Shown one piece after another: positions 39,052 to 52,849 of a stretch of 64,000 nt of DNA. The position numbers and the translations under genes were made by a program. The stretch is from positions 35,526,001 to 35,590,000 of the forward strand of contig OX597838.1 in assembly GCA_951406725.2 (NCBI GenBank), given 5' to 3'. The stretch is from Octopus vulgaris (lineage: Eukaryota). Each line of letters opens with the position of its first letter. Position 1 is the stretch's first letter. Below the pieces are notes generated by a model. The model ran no database searches, was not told the origin of the DNA, and was given only the letters and a program-made list of their open reading frames with translations.

Positions 39052-39156
39052 CCTCTCTCTCTCTCTCTTTCTCTCTTGCTCTCTCTCTCTCTCTCTCTTG
39101 CTCTCTTGCTCTCTTTCTCTCTTGCTCTCTTTCTCTCTTGCTCTCTTTCTCTCTTG

Positions 39157-39194
<38 letters not shown>
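39052..39194. repeat. (CT)n/(CTCTTG)n polypyrimidine microsatellite
   Basis: Directly visible. Confidence 0.9.
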
Positions 39195-39196
<2 letters not shown>

Positions 39197-39296
39197 GCAA
39201 GGAGATAACGATTAAGAAACTTTTTTCTTGCGACAGTGTTTGTTTGTGTATGTGGGTGTATGCTCGTGCATGTGTGGACAGACAGACAGACAGATA

Positions 39297-39328
<32 letters not shown>

Positions 39329-39500
39329 GAGAAAGAGAGTGAGAGAGAGAGAGTGAAGGTTGTATTGAAGGGAAGCATGCCATTCATGTATTTGCGTGGC
39401 ACTAGGCTATGTGTGTATATGTATGTCTATATATGTGCACAAACTTAAATGATTATCTATCAAAAAAGCAAATGTTTTTTTAGCAGCTTCCCCCTCTGTT

Positions 39501-39568
<68 letters not shown>

Positions 39569-40391
39569 AAGAAAAAAGCTATGCATTAGGATTCAGTGAG
39601 CAAGGGACCAAAACCATCTCCTCGACCCCACTGAAATTCCTTCCATTCCCTTACTACTGCATTGCATAAAATAATACACACACACACATACACACACACA
39701 CACGTGTGTATATATATATGAGAGAGAGAAAGAAAAAAGAATGCTAAAATGGAGATCGCTAAAAAAAAAAAGCAAAAATAATAGATTTCCAAAAACTTAA
39801 CGAAAACAAAACAATAACCACAACTATAAAACAAAACAAAAAGGATCCCAAAACACCTTCGATCTTGGTATTGCTTGCTGGTCTCTCTCTTAAGTATTAT
39901 TTTTCTTGCAGTTGATACTGTTTGTTTTAGGTGTGGGTGGTGCATAAGGCGTGGGTGTATATACTGATGAGATTACATAGATTATGTGTGGGTGGTGGGT
40001 GGAGCTAGGGGGAGGAACTATATCAGGCTGCCATGTTGAATGAATGGTTTTTGACATCTGTTAGGATTAATGAATGTTTCTGTTGTGTCAGTCGTAGTTG
40101 TTAGTCGTTGTTGTCGGCAATGGAACTATCAGTTTATGGTACCAGAGTGTATCAGAGTCTTATGAAGTAGCTGTGTATTCCATTGACACTTGTGAGCTTA
40201 AATATAAATACTCTGATAGTCTGCTCAGACTGTGTCCCTGTGACACAGTGTGTGAGTGTGACAAGGCACCGTGTATGTCTTTATGTATGTATTTTTGATG
40301 GCAAAGAATGGCACATTCAAGATAAGATTGGAAGTGCATTGTGACCAGTGGTGTTTAACAGCATCTGATGATCTGGTTGATACTGTGATAT

Positions 40392-40608
40392 ACTCTTTAA
40401 CTCTTTTACTTGTTTCAGTCATTTGACTGCGGCCATGCTGGAGCACCGCCTTTAGTCGATCGAGCAAATCGACCCCAGGACTTATTCTTTGTAAGCCCAG
40501 TACTTACTCTATCGGTCTCTTTTGCTGAACCGCTAAGTTACCTGGACGCAAGCACACCAGCATCGGTTGTCAAGCGATGTTGGGGGGGACAAACACAGAC
40601 ACACAAAC

Positions 40609-40641
<33 letters not shown>

Positions 40642-40815
40642 CACATGTATACGATGGGCTTCTTTCAGTTTCCATCTACCAAATCCACTCACAAGGCTTT
40701 GGTCGGCCCGAGGCTATAGTAGAAGACACTTGCCCAAGGTGCCATGCAGTGGGACTGAACCCGGAACCATGTGGTTGGTAAACAAGCTACTTACCACACA
40801 GCCACTCTTGCGCCT
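40392..40815 (-). mobile_element. SINE family A
   Basis: Full-length reverse-complement match. Confidence 0.92.
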
Positions 40816-40828
40816 ATGTATATATGCA

Positions 40829-40893
<65 letters not shown>

Positions 40894-41451
40894 ATGTGTC
40901 TGTGTGTGTCTCTCTGTATGTAGACTGACCAAAACATTGTGAATGAATTTGGTTGATGGAAACTGAATGAAGCTCATTAGTTATAATTATGTATACACAC
41001 CCACATGTACATGGGCTAGTGTGCGTGTATATATATATATATATGTATGTATATATATATAAATTTATATACACACACACACATACATGTATGTATATAT
41101 ATGTGTGCTTGTATATATATATGTATATATACACATATATACGTGCATATATATATTGATGCACATGTATGTATATATATATGTGTGTTCGTGTATACAT
41201 ATATGTGTGTGTGTTTGTAGATGAACAATTACATGATAAAAGCTTTGATTTTCAAATTGTTTGCTAGATTTCATCTTGGTTGTCACTTATTTAGCGAAAT
41301 ATGTCATTAATGCAGCTTTTCTTCTCATGATCGATTGATTGAAAAGAAAACAAACAAAAAAAGAAAAAGAAACCATGTACAGTGCATTTTCTGACATGCT
41401 TCCATGTAGTTTTCTTTCTATACAATTTCACTCAGAAATTTTATGTCAGTC

Positions 41452-41981
41452 TTTCTGCTGGGAAGACAGAAGAACTAACGTCAGCGTGCTACAAGAAGCA
41501 AAAATGACCAGCATCGGGGCCTATGTCATCAAAGGCCAACTAAGATGGAGCGGCCACGTGGTTAGAATGACTGACGAACGACTTCCCAAACAGATCTTCT
41601 ACTCCCAACTCAAAGACGGCAAGCGTACAAAAGGAGGCCAGAAGAAACGCTACAAGGACTCCCTGAAAACGAACCTCAAAAAGTGTGACATCGACTTCAC
41701 TAACTGGGAGAAAATGGCAAAAAACAGACCACTCTGGAAAACCACCATCCATGAGGGAACGGCGACTTTCGAGTCGAAAAGGTCTGCAGAGCTGGAGGAG
41801 AAAAGACGACGATGGAAGGAGCGCCAACAACAACCACGTGCGACTCTCCCTTCCGGCACTAGATGTCCGCACTGCGACCGATCTTTTCAAGCAAGAATTG
41901 GTCTTATTGGTCACCTACGGTCTCACCAGTAAATTTGCGCGAAGACCATCATCCTCGACCTTGAGGGGTTGCCATCGATCG
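41452..41981 (+). mobile_element. 5'-truncated RTE (BovB-like) LINE with intact C-terminal ORF fragment
   Basis: WEDRRTNVSVL..QLRWSGHVVRMTDERLPKQIFYSQLKDGKRTKGGQKKRYKDSLK..CPHCDRSFQARIGLIGHLRSH (C2H2 zinc finger), stop at 41932, short 3' UTR ending (ATCG)n; 9-bp TSD ATGTCAGTC (41443-41451 and 41982-41990). Confidence 0.95.
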
Positions 41982-42280
41982 ATGTCAGTCCAGAGCTGTA
42001 GTTGATGACTGTCTCATGAGGTGCCATTATCCAGTGGCATCACACCTAAGAAGCAAAATTGAAGCAAACAAATTTCTTAATCACCTGACCTTGCATCCAA
42101 AATCTGCCATGTTAGGTTCCCACAGAAGACAAAGAAATAAAAAAAAAAGTAAGTACCGTCTTGCTTCTTAGAATCATGAAACCAGTTACCCAGTTTACAT
42201 GATGCGTAAGGACCAAGATCACAATAGTCCTTCTGAACAAGATGCCAATCTATCATCAGTTACTCATCTGCAGCTGAACA

Positions 42281-42602
42281 AAGCAGCAAGCTGGCAGAAA
42301 CGTTAGCACGCCAGCCGAAATGCTTAGCGGTATTTCGTCTGCTGCTACGTTCTAAGTTCAAATTCCGCCGAGGTCGACTTTGCCTTTTATCCTTTTGGGG
42401 TCGATTAAATAAGTACCAGCTACGCACTGGGGTCGATATAATCAACTTAATCTGTTTATCTGTCCTTGTTTGTCCTCTCTGTGTTTAGCCCCTTGTGGGT
42501 AGTAAAGAAATAGGTATTTCATCTGTCTTTACATTCTGAGTTCAAATTCCACTGAGGTTGACTGCCTTTCATCCTTTCAGGGTTGATAAATTAAATATCA
42601 GT
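42281..42602 (+). mobile_element. SINE family B, partial dimer
   Basis: Full unit, then a second unit restarting at GTATTTC after the junction AAATAG|GTATTT (42513/42514). Confidence 0.88.
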
Positions 42603-43089
42603 TTCTGGACTAATGCCTGGAATAGAAAAGAATATTCCCCCTGAACAAGATGCCAATCCATCATAAGGTTACTCATCCAGAGCTGAGTGAACTGGAGCGA
42701 TGTGAAACGAAATGTTTTAGTCAAGTGTCTGGAAATCTGGAGATCAAACCTGCAATCCTGTGCAATGCTCGAACCACTGGGCCATTGACTTCACACAGAA
42801 GACCAAAGCAAAACCAAACCAAAAATAGAAAATCTCTGTGTTTGGGTCATGTGAATATTACATGATTCTCTCTCTTCATATTAAGAGATATTTGTTGTGA
42901 AGATGATCAAGAGAACTCAATTATTACTGTGGAAAAAGCTGTTGTTTTTCCCCAGAAACTAGAATTAGCTTTATTAAGACATTGACCGGTTGGTTGGCTG
43001 GTCAACCAGGCTTCTAAACATTGTGTCCATTCCAATGTGACCTTCTCTACATTACTTTTGGCTGGCTTGCATGTTGTTTGCATGATTAG

Positions 43090-43120
<31 letters not shown>

Positions 43121-43780
43121 GTGATGATGAAGATAATGACGTTGGTAATGATGCTGATATTATTTATGGCAATGATGATGATGATGGTGAGAGTGATCGC
43201 GATGGTGATAATGCCGGTGTTCCTGATGGTCTTGGTGGCGGCGGCGGTGGTGGTGGTAGCGGTGTGATGTTGGTTATGGATGAGTGGTGGTGATGAGTCT
43301 GATGATAGTAGTGTTGATGAGGATGACGAAGTTGTTGATGTTCATGGCTGTTGATGATAACGATGGTGTTAAGTAGGTGGTGGTGGTGGTGGTGGTGGTG
43401 ATAGCGTTGATGGAAAATAATAATTGGTGGTGGTCGTTGATGACTGGTCGTGGTAGTTCTTGGTGGTGGAGGTGGCGGTGATGATAGATTTAGTGATTGT
43501 TATGGCTGATAATAATAATAATGATGATGATGGTGGTGGTGGTGAGGATGATGATGATGGTGGTGGTGGTGGTGAGGATGATGATGATGATGATGATGGT
43601 GGTGATGAGGATGATGATGATGTTGATGATGGTGGTGGTGGTGATGGTGATGATGATGATGATGGTGGTTGTGGTGGTGGTGGTGGTGGTGGTGGTGGTG
43701 GTGGTGGTGGTGATGTGGTGGTGGTGGTGGTGGTGGTGGTAGTTATGGTGGTAGTAGTAGTTATGGTGATGATGGTGTTG
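43090..43780. repeat. Degenerate (GAT/GGT)n trinucleotide region
   Basis: Directly visible. Confidence 0.85.
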
Positions 43781-44065
43781 AAGGGGGTGAAGGTGGACGT
43801 CACTCATCATTGCTGGTGATAATAATGAAGGTAGGTATCGGGCGATGGTGGGGGGTGGGATGGCAGCAGATGTTGGAAGTGGTGAGGAATGAGAGAGACG
43901 GACAGACACAGAGACAAAAATGATGATTGGGGAAGTCAAATGTGTATCATTTGCACCAAACCAAACCAAACCAAACTGGACTGTGTGTGGTGAAGCACAA
44001 CAAACAGAGCACAGGACACTGTCACTATCTATACATCTAACTGTATATATATATGCGTGTGTCTA

Positions 44066-44107
<42 letters not shown>

Positions 44108-44269
44108 GATGTGTCCATCAATATATGTGTGTGTGTGTATATATATACACAGACACACATGAATATGTGTGTGTATGTGTGTCTGTTCGTACATGCATTT
44201 ATATTGTATATGTGTCTATGTGTCTACACATACATATACACTTTACACATCATGTGCCTGTCTTTACAC

Positions 44270-44360
44270 AGATATATATATATATATTATATTATTTATA
44301 TATACACACGTATATATCTATATATATATATATATATTTATATATACACGCGTATATATA

Positions 44361-44412
<52 letters not shown>

Positions 44413-44449
44413 TATATCTATATATATATATATATATATACATACATGC

Positions 44450-44480
<31 letters not shown>

Positions 44481-44533
44481 CATACATACATATATCTATA
44501 TATATATATATACATACATAATTCTATATATAT

Positions 44534-44566
<33 letters not shown>

Positions 44567-44747
44567 CATACATACATATATCTATATATATACATACATA
44601 CATATATCTATATATATATATACATACATACATATATCTATATATATACATACATACATATATCTATATATATATACTTATATATATATATATCTATATA
44701 TACATATATATATATATATATCTATATATACATATATACATATATAT

Positions 44748-44779
<32 letters not shown>

Positions 44780-45049
44780 GATCAGAAATGAAGAGAACCA
44801 GACAGATAAGGGGCTGTTACCACTGAGCTGTGCACATTACACACCACAGTGATGAGAATGTATATATAATATGAATATACCACCAGCAGTGTTTAGTCTC
44901 TCACAGAGCCATAACAAATTTGATGACAATTTTCAATTGTCACATTAGCAGGGGAGAAGTTTATTGATTTGGTTTTGTTTTTTTTGTTTTTATTTGCGCT
45001 GTTTGTTTCATTTCATTCATGAGACCCCGACATCATTGAACCTGGTCTA

Positions 45050-45096
<47 letters not shown>

Positions 45097-45425
45097 GTAT
45101 ATATATATATATGTATATATATACATATATATAAATATATATGTATATATATATGTATATATATATGTATATATATATATGTATATATATATATGTATGT
45201 ATATATATATATGTATATATATATATGTATGTATATATATATATGTATGTATATATATATGTATATATATATATGTATATATATATATGTATATATATAT
45301 GTATATATATATGTATATATATATGTATATATATATATATATGTATATGTATATATATATATGTATATGTATATATATATATGTATATGTATATATATAT
45401 ATATGTATATATATATATGTATATG

Positions 45426-45476
<51 letters not shown>

Positions 45477-45480
45477 TATA
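44270..45480. repeat. Two long (TA)n/(TACA)n/(TATG)n microsatellites (about 44270-44780 and 45053-45480)
   Basis: Directly visible. Confidence 0.92.
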
Positions 45481-46104
45481 TGCAATCACTCTCTCTGATA
45501 AGTTCTCTGTTTTAACTAACTAACTGACTGGCTGGTTGGCTGGCTGGCTGAGTGAAGAAGGACTAATTCAGTGAATTGGTGTGATTCATGAGTCTACTAA
45601 AGTTTCCAAAGCATGAAAGTTTTGATAGAAAGTTATTATTTATGGTTGAGTGGCTGATGCTGTTATTGTGGGAAGTTAAGGGGAAGAGAAAAAGAAAGAA
45701 AGAAAGAAAGAAAAAGACTTTGTTTTGTGGTGGTTGTCAATGTTGCCGGTGGTGGTGGTGGTCGCATTCTTGATCACATTGTATTGCATCTAAGGAAATG
45801 TTAGTGTTGTAGTTGTTGTTATGGTTGTTTAGTCCAGGGACTGTCCTGATCCCAGGAAACCTACATTTATTTGATGCAAGGCAAGATTCGACATAGGATG
45901 GACCACAGACATATTTTTTGTGGGTTTTGGACCTTTTCTAAGGAAACATTTTTTCAAATTTATTGTATGTATGGTTCATTGAGTAGTTGGTGATGTTCAG
46001 ATAGTCTTTTATAAGCAGGATCTGTTTAAATTTTGTTTATATAAACATTGCCAATAATGGAAATTGAAAGGAGTGTCTTTGGATAGACAGGAATATTTTT
46101 ACAT

Positions 46105-46705
46105 AAGGCGGCGAGCTGGCAGAAACGTTAGCACGCCGGGTGAAATGCGTAGCCGTATTCCGTCTACTGTTACGTTCTGAGTTCAAATTCCGCCAAGGTC
46201 GACTTTGCCTTTCATCCTTTCGGGGTCGATAAATTAAGTACCAGTTTCGCACTGGGGTCGATGTAATTGACTTAATCCGTTTGTTTGTCCTTGTTTGTCC
46301 CCTCTGTGTTTAGCCCCTTGTGGGTAGTAAACAAATAGGTATTTTGTCTGCCGCTACGTTCTCAGTTCACATTCTGCCGAGGTCGACTTTGCTTTTCGTC
46401 CTTTCAGGGTCGATTAAATAAGTACCAGTTACGCACTGGGGTTGATGTAATCAACTTAGTCCGTTTGTCTGGCCTTGTTTGTCCCCTCTGTGTTTAGCCC
46501 CTTGTGGGAAGTAAAGAAATAGGTATTTCGTCTGCCGCTACGTTCTGAGTTCAAATTCCGCCAAGGTCGACTTTGCCTTTCATCCTTTCGGGGTCGATAA
46601 ATTAAGAACCAGTTATGCACTGGGGTCGATATAATCGACTTAATCCGTTTGTCTGTCTTTGTTTGTCCCCTCTGTGTTTAGCCCCTTGTGGGTAGTAAAG
46701 AAATG
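46105..46705 (+). mobile_element. SINE family B tandem trimer
   Basis: One head plus three 184-bp units starting at 46155, 46339, 46523; 16-bp TSD AGGAATATTTTTACAT (46089-46104 and 46706-46721). Confidence 0.93.
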
Positions 46706-46740
46706 AGGAATATTTTTACATGTAAGATAACCACTATCAT

Positions 46741-47450
46741 GATCATCATCATCTAATGATGGCTTGGGTTGGGTGGTTTGACAGTAATGGCAAAGCAGAG
46801 GACGGTGCCAAGCTCCAGTGTCTGCTTTGGCATTGTTTCTCAGACTGTATTTCCTTTCCGATACCGACCACTTCACAGAGTGTACTGGATGTCTTTTAAC
46901 ATGGCACCAGCCCCAGTGAGGTTACCAAGTCGCTTGCAAGGCAAGATCCCTCAATGGAAGAGGTGGGTAATATTGAAGGAGGGGGCTTTGTGGCGGGTGA
47001 TGAGAGGTAAGATTATGATTGAGGGGATAGAAACGGGTGTCTTGCTATAGAGAAGACACGTGGCTCTTCCAGGTGGCAGAGAGAGAGAGAGGAGGGGAGG
47101 AAGAGAGTGAGTGGTGGTGGTGGTGAAGATGGTTCAGGACATACCCTTGAGTTATAGAGGGTTGGACAGGGCTAGTGGGCGGGTAAGTTTGTGAGAGTGC
47201 AAAAGGAATGTGGGGGGGAATGGTTGGAAGATGAATGCAGTGAGTGAGCACAGGTGGAGGGAAGGGGTTAGGAGAATGAGTTGCCATGGAAAGGAGGACA
47301 GATTGTGTGCAGCTAAGTTTGTGAGAGTGTGAAAGAAGAGTGGGAGATAAAAGGGAGGGCAACATGGTGTGTGGTGAACATGGTTGGTGGGAGGCATTTG
47401 TGGCAGGGTGGTGGGAGATTTGTGAGATGTAATATACCTGTAAGGCCATG
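46741..47450 (-). mobile_element. Diverged long family C-related element (probable LINE 3' region)
   Basis: 46741-46915 resembles the family C tail and continues into a long pyrimidine-rich (minus-strand) segment; distal boundary uncertain. Confidence 0.45.
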
Positions 47451-47679
47451 CAATTGTTCAAATTTGAGGCCTCACTATCCCTAAGGATTTCTCCTGGCAG
47501 AAGCACTTGCATAGCACAGTTAGGACTACATCTGAATGACTGACCCTTCTCTTCAGTGCTAAGATGATGGATGATACAACTCCTTACATTTGTTGACATT
47601 CTAAAAATCTCAAGTGAAAGTCACCATGCAGCCTTGCTCTCCCATCTAGGATGTGGCTGCACACACTGATACTCTAGAC

Positions 47680-47898
47680 CAGTGCTTTTCAATCTTTTTG
47701 CAGGAGCGGAACCCCAAGGAAACATTCCACTGGCTCGAGGAACCCCTGTGCAATAATTCAATTGTCTTATGCACACATATCTGCACAGGAGAATTAAAAA
47801 TTACTGTCGATTTTAGCATTTTTTTAACCTCTTGTGGAACCCCTGGACTGTACTGGCGGAACCCTAAGGTTCCACGGAACCCTGGTTGAAAACCACGG
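47680..47898 (-). mobile_element. hAT MITE, 219 bp
   Basis: Reverse-complement copy of 4165-4383; left flank CTCTAGAC, right TSD not preserved. Confidence 0.9.
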
Positions 47899-48224
47899 AA
47901 AAAGAGGGTCTCTCTATTGATTAGGGTATAGCGACTTGCAGACATGCTCCAATTTCTGGCCCATAGTGGCCAGAAATTGCCACTATGTACAGTTAAAATG
48001 GAGAGAGATTTGTCTGTTAATTCTCAAAGCTGAGTGACCATGAATGTGTGTTTGATAGTTAAATAAAGAATGAGAGAAAGAGAGAGACAAACAGTCAGTG
48101 TTAAACATCCGTAACAGTATTGTTTTTCTTTTACTGGTTGAAATCATTGGATTGGGGTCCACCTTTGAAAAGCTTTTAATTTATCGTATGGATCCCAGTA
48201 TTCATGTCTCTCCTGTTTTTATTT

Positions 48225-48439
48225 TATCGAAGGAGAGGGGCTTTCTCCGTCCGGGTTGCGGATCCGTGGAATAAGCTGCCGGACGAGATAGTGAAGATGC
48301 CGACGACCGCTCAGTTCAAAGTCTCCCTTGACCACAAGTGGCCTGAACTCTTTACATGAACACCCTTCCTGTACATAACTCCATGTCCCCCTACATGGCC
48401 TTGCTTTTTGCTTTTTGAGCCAAAAAATTAACTAACTAA
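48225..48439 (+). mobile_element. CR1-like LINE 3' end, second family
   Basis: Translates RRRGAFSVRVADPWNKLPDEIVKMPTTAQFKVSLDHKWPELFT*; (TAAC)n tail. Confidence 0.85.
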
Positions 48440-49275
48440 TGCTGTGGTGTCCTTCAGCTCTGTTATTTAACCTTCTTTGTTTCTGATACATTTTCATATT
48501 TACCCTGAAAGGATGAACAGCAAAACTGACCTCAGCATGAGTTGAACCCAGAGTTTAGAGAGTCAGAACAAATATCATAAAGCGTTCTATCCGAAGCTCT
48601 GTACTGAAAATGTGATTGACAGATCTGGGAGGTGGCAAGTCTGTAATGGAAAACATTCCAGCCATACACACCCTGCCTTACCAGGCATAATGTATCTAAG
48701 ACTATACTGTTTAATGTGATTTTTCTTTTCTTTTTTTTTTTTTTTTCCTTTTTGTTTTTCAAACAGCAGGGTGTGGTTTAAGGAAGTTCTGTTTGCTATT
48801 TCTAACAGGTCAAGAGACCACATGGTGAGGTCTCTTGTTGGCTTATAATGGAATGAAATGTTATGTGATGTAGTAATAATGTGTGCATTAGAATATGGAG
48901 AGGGAGAGGGTGAGTGTGCTGGGGAGATTCGGAGAGGGAGAGTTGTTGTCCATTCTTCCTTCCTTCCTGTTTCCTCATTCTGGGACGTAGCTTTTGCTTA
49001 GCTCTATCAGCTTTTAGAATGTTCTCTGGCAATGCCGCTTCCTGACCATGCATACCGACACAAACATATCCTTCATATACACACACACATACATACATAC
49101 ATACATGCATCATACATACATACATACATACATACATATGTATATGTGTGTGTGTATATACATATACACATATATATATATATGTATATTCATACACACA
49201 CACACACACATATATATATGTATATACATACATATATATATATGTATATACAAATATATATATATACATACGTAC

Positions 49276-49321
<46 letters not shown>

Positions 49322-49338
49322 ATACATACATACATACA

Positions 49339-49374
<36 letters not shown>

Positions 49375-49788
49375 TACATACATGCATGCATGCATATATA
49401 TATACACACACACACACACATACACACACTTACAAACATGCATTCATACGGTTAAAAGAACTTAGGCATATATAGCTACATGCACGTGCATACACTTAGA
49501 AATAATTACGTACATACATAGTGAGATAAACAAGTACACGCAAACACAAACACATAAATGCACATGCAGAGAGAGAGAGAGAGAGAGACACACCTGCACA
49601 TACATTCGCGCATAGACGTTGTTGTGCTTCATCAAGATGTGCATCATGTTGCACTTAGCTTCAGCGTGCTGTAAAGACCAGCATGTCATTTCCTTCATCT
49701 GTTCTACAATTATCCAATCCCTGATATTTAGATGGATATTTTGGTCTGTGCTGCACAATGGTGTGTTGTCTGTCTGTTTGTCTATTGA

Positions 49789-49823
<35 letters not shown>

Positions 49824-49885
49824 GCCTGTCTGTCTGTCTGCCTCTGTCTTATCTATCTTATCTATCTTATCTATCTTGAGGCAAG

Positions 49886-50254
49886 TGAAAATCGAAATCG
49901 AAATCGATCAACATCAATGGAAATTGCAGCTGTGATACCAGTGCCGGTGGCACGTAAGAGAACCATCCGAACGTGGCCATTGCCAGCACCGCCCCGACTG
50001 GCCTCGTGCCGGTGGCACGTAAAAAAGTACCATCCGATCGTGGTCGTTTGCCAGCCTTGCCTGGCTCCTGTGCGGGTGACACGTAAAAAGCACCCACTAC
50101 ACTCACGGTGTGGTTGGTGTTAGGAAGGGCACCCAGGCGTAGAAACATTGCCAGATCTGACTGGCCTGGTGCAGCCTTCTGGCTTCCCAGACCCCAGTTG
50201 AACCGTCCAACCCATGCTAGCATGGAAAGTGGACACTAAACGATGATGATGATG
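49886..50254 (+). mobile_element. Retroposon family C
   Basis: (AAATCG)n at the 5' side, three GGTG.CACGTAA units, AGGAAGGGCACCCAG, (GAT)n tail. Confidence 0.88.
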
Positions 50255-50755
50255 AAAGTTAAAGTGAGTTGATGAATCACCTTCAGCTCACATTCTGTGA
50301 AGTGGCAGTCATCTGTTAACTGGATTCGTTGACCCTAGACTGATTGTTGTCTTAAGAGGTTTATCTACCTGGACTGTGTCATGTAGTTTTGTCAAATGAA
50401 GATCAATATATCAAACTTCACGTCTGCCATACTGCTCCCCATGCCTTGGCTGTGACCCTGGTTTGGGGATTTTTTTGTCATTGAAGTTAACTCCCTTATA
50501 TACACACCATTGGATGGCACCATTTGTCTCTTACAAGTTCTTCCACCCTTTAACAGGTTTTGTTTTCCATTCCACAGGGTGTCCAAACCAGCTTCCTCAC
50601 CAGGCAAGCTTGATGGGGTTGCCAGTTTAGTCACCGTCGACCTGGCCATGCAACAAGTTGTACTGGGTTACATGTTACCAGTAGCCGTTGAGAGTAACCT
50701 GAATACATATTGAATTAGTCAAGACTAAATGATATGAAAGAACAGGTTAATTCAT

Positions 50756-50860
50756 ATGGAGGGTACCAGCAAAAGAAGAAGACCAAGGAAGAGATGGACA
50801 GAAGTGGTGAGGGCTGGTCTTAGGATGCTGGCTCTCATAAGGGATTTGACAAAAGAATTC
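50756..50860 (+). pseudogene. RTE-like LINE C-terminal fragment
   Basis: MEGTSKRRRPRKRWTEVVRAGLRMLALIRDLTK resembles the RTE motif VEGxxxRGRPRKTWxEVVxxDL. Confidence 0.6.
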
Positions 50861-50937
50861 AACAAAAAGTAGTTGGTTGCTTTTCAAAGCAAGCATCGAA
50901 AAACATATAAAAAAATATGTAAAAATGTTAGCTTCTA

Positions 50938-51243
50938 CTAGCAGTATCACCCGGCGTTGCTCGGGTTTGTAAGGGAAATAACTATATAAGCATTTTAGAG
51001 AGTTACTTCCCTTATATAACCCGAACAAAAATCATTAAAAATGTGGAAAAATGATGGTAAATTTTTTTTTAAATCGTAGACTCATCGTAGACGCGCGCTA
51101 ATACCCAGAAGGGCTCGATATGAATCACCACTATAAGATACCCGGTTTTGGTTAAACTGCACCGCAAAATGTGGGAGTAGTTAGGAATCTAATTCGGAGG
51201 AGACAGAGTCTCACACACACAACTTCAATTTTATATATAAAGA
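50938..51243 (-). mobile_element. Non-autonomous Helitron
   Basis: Reverse complement of the 17225 family: A|TC...CCCGAGCAACGCCGGG...CTAG|T. Confidence 0.88.
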
Positions 51244-51437
51244 TTTGTTATAGTTATTGAATTGAGTCCATGCTGGAGCACTGCCTTGAAGGGTTTAGTC
51301 AAACAGATTGATAACAGTACTACTTTTTTTGTTTTTTAAGTGTAGTACTTATTCTTTTGGACTCTTTTTCCCAAACGGCTAAGTTTCAGGGACATAAACA
51401 AACTAACACCAGTCCTTAAACAATAATGAGGGACATA

Positions 51438-51647
51438 TTAAGGCGGTGAACTAGCAGAAACATTAGCATGCCGGGCAAAATGCTTAGCGGTATTTTGTCT
51501 GTCTTTATGTTCCGGGTTCAAATTCTGTCAAGGTTGACTTTGCCTTTCATCCTTTTGGGGTCAATAAATTAAGCACCAGTTGTATACTGGGGTTGACCTG
51601 ACCCCCTCCCCCAAAATTTTGGGCCTTGTGCCTTGAGTAGGAAAGAG
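51438..51647 (+). mobile_element. SINE family B nested in an old family A copy (about 51265-51858, -)
   Basis: 14-bp TSD TAATGAGGGACATA (51424-51437 and 51648-51661). Confidence 0.88.
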
Positions 51648-51942
51648 TAATGAGGGACATAGGCAAAGACAAAGACACACACATACAATGGGATTCTACA
51701 CAGTTTCTATCTACAAAATTCACTCAGAAGGCATCGATCGGTTGGCACAGGGTTATCGTGGAAGACACTTGTCCTAGGTGCCATGCAGCAGGACTGAACT
51801 TGAAACCACATAGTTGCAAAGATAGCTTCTTATACCACACAGCCACACATGTGCCTATACGTAAACATTCAATACATATATGTAATGTGTGTGTGTGTGC
51901 ATTAACATGTGTGTGTGTCTGAGTGCACATACATATAATCTT

Positions 51943-51999
<57 letters not shown>

Positions 52000-52568
52000 A
52001 TGTATATATACACACACACATAAAGAAAGACTGACAGACACATGCATACACTCACACACACACACATGTACATACATAAACACACTTATACAAGAGATCT
52101 GATGTATTATCATAGATTTAGATGTTTTCCTTATCAAGACGCCCCTATTGACTATTGATGAGTATTGGATTACCGTGGTTTCTTTTTTATTTTTTTACAT
52201 TATTTTTTCAAAATTTTGTGATGTTTGAAGATTTAACTCGTGCCCACCCACCCTCTCTCTCACCCTCCTCCCTCCTAACTCTTTCTCTGCTATTTCACCC
52301 CTCACCCCACCCCACCCCACCCTGCTGCTGCCTCTCTGCTTCCAATATGACTTCCTGGCCATAGTGTCATACAAGCTGCTGTTGTTTTGTTTTATACACA
52401 CTAACACAAACACACATACATACATACATACATACATACACGCATATATATGTATTTGTGTAAAAATACACATATATGTATGAAAATAATATGTATGTGT
52501 ATTATTTTCACATACGTACATTTATGTTTATGCATACACACAAACACACTCATACACGCACATATATA

Positions 52569-52621
<53 letters not shown>

Positions 52622-52698
52622 CATCATCATCGTATATATATATGTATATACATATATGTATATACATATATATATATGTATATGCATATATATATATA

Positions 52699-52736
<38 letters not shown>

Positions 52737-52816
52737 CACACACATGAATATATGTGTATGTATATGCATATACGCATAAACATATATATACGTATATGCA
52801 CACACATATATATAGT

Positions 52817-52849
<33 letters not shown>

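Noticed and set aside
41339-41451. N-terminal part of the 197-aa ORF as a host-LINE fusion gene
   Set aside because: Lies outside the TSD; a chance open frame in flanking DNA
47045-47599. 184-aa ORF on the minus strand
   Set aside because: Pro/Ser/His-rich product of a pyrimidine-rich repeat-derived segment; no recognisable domain
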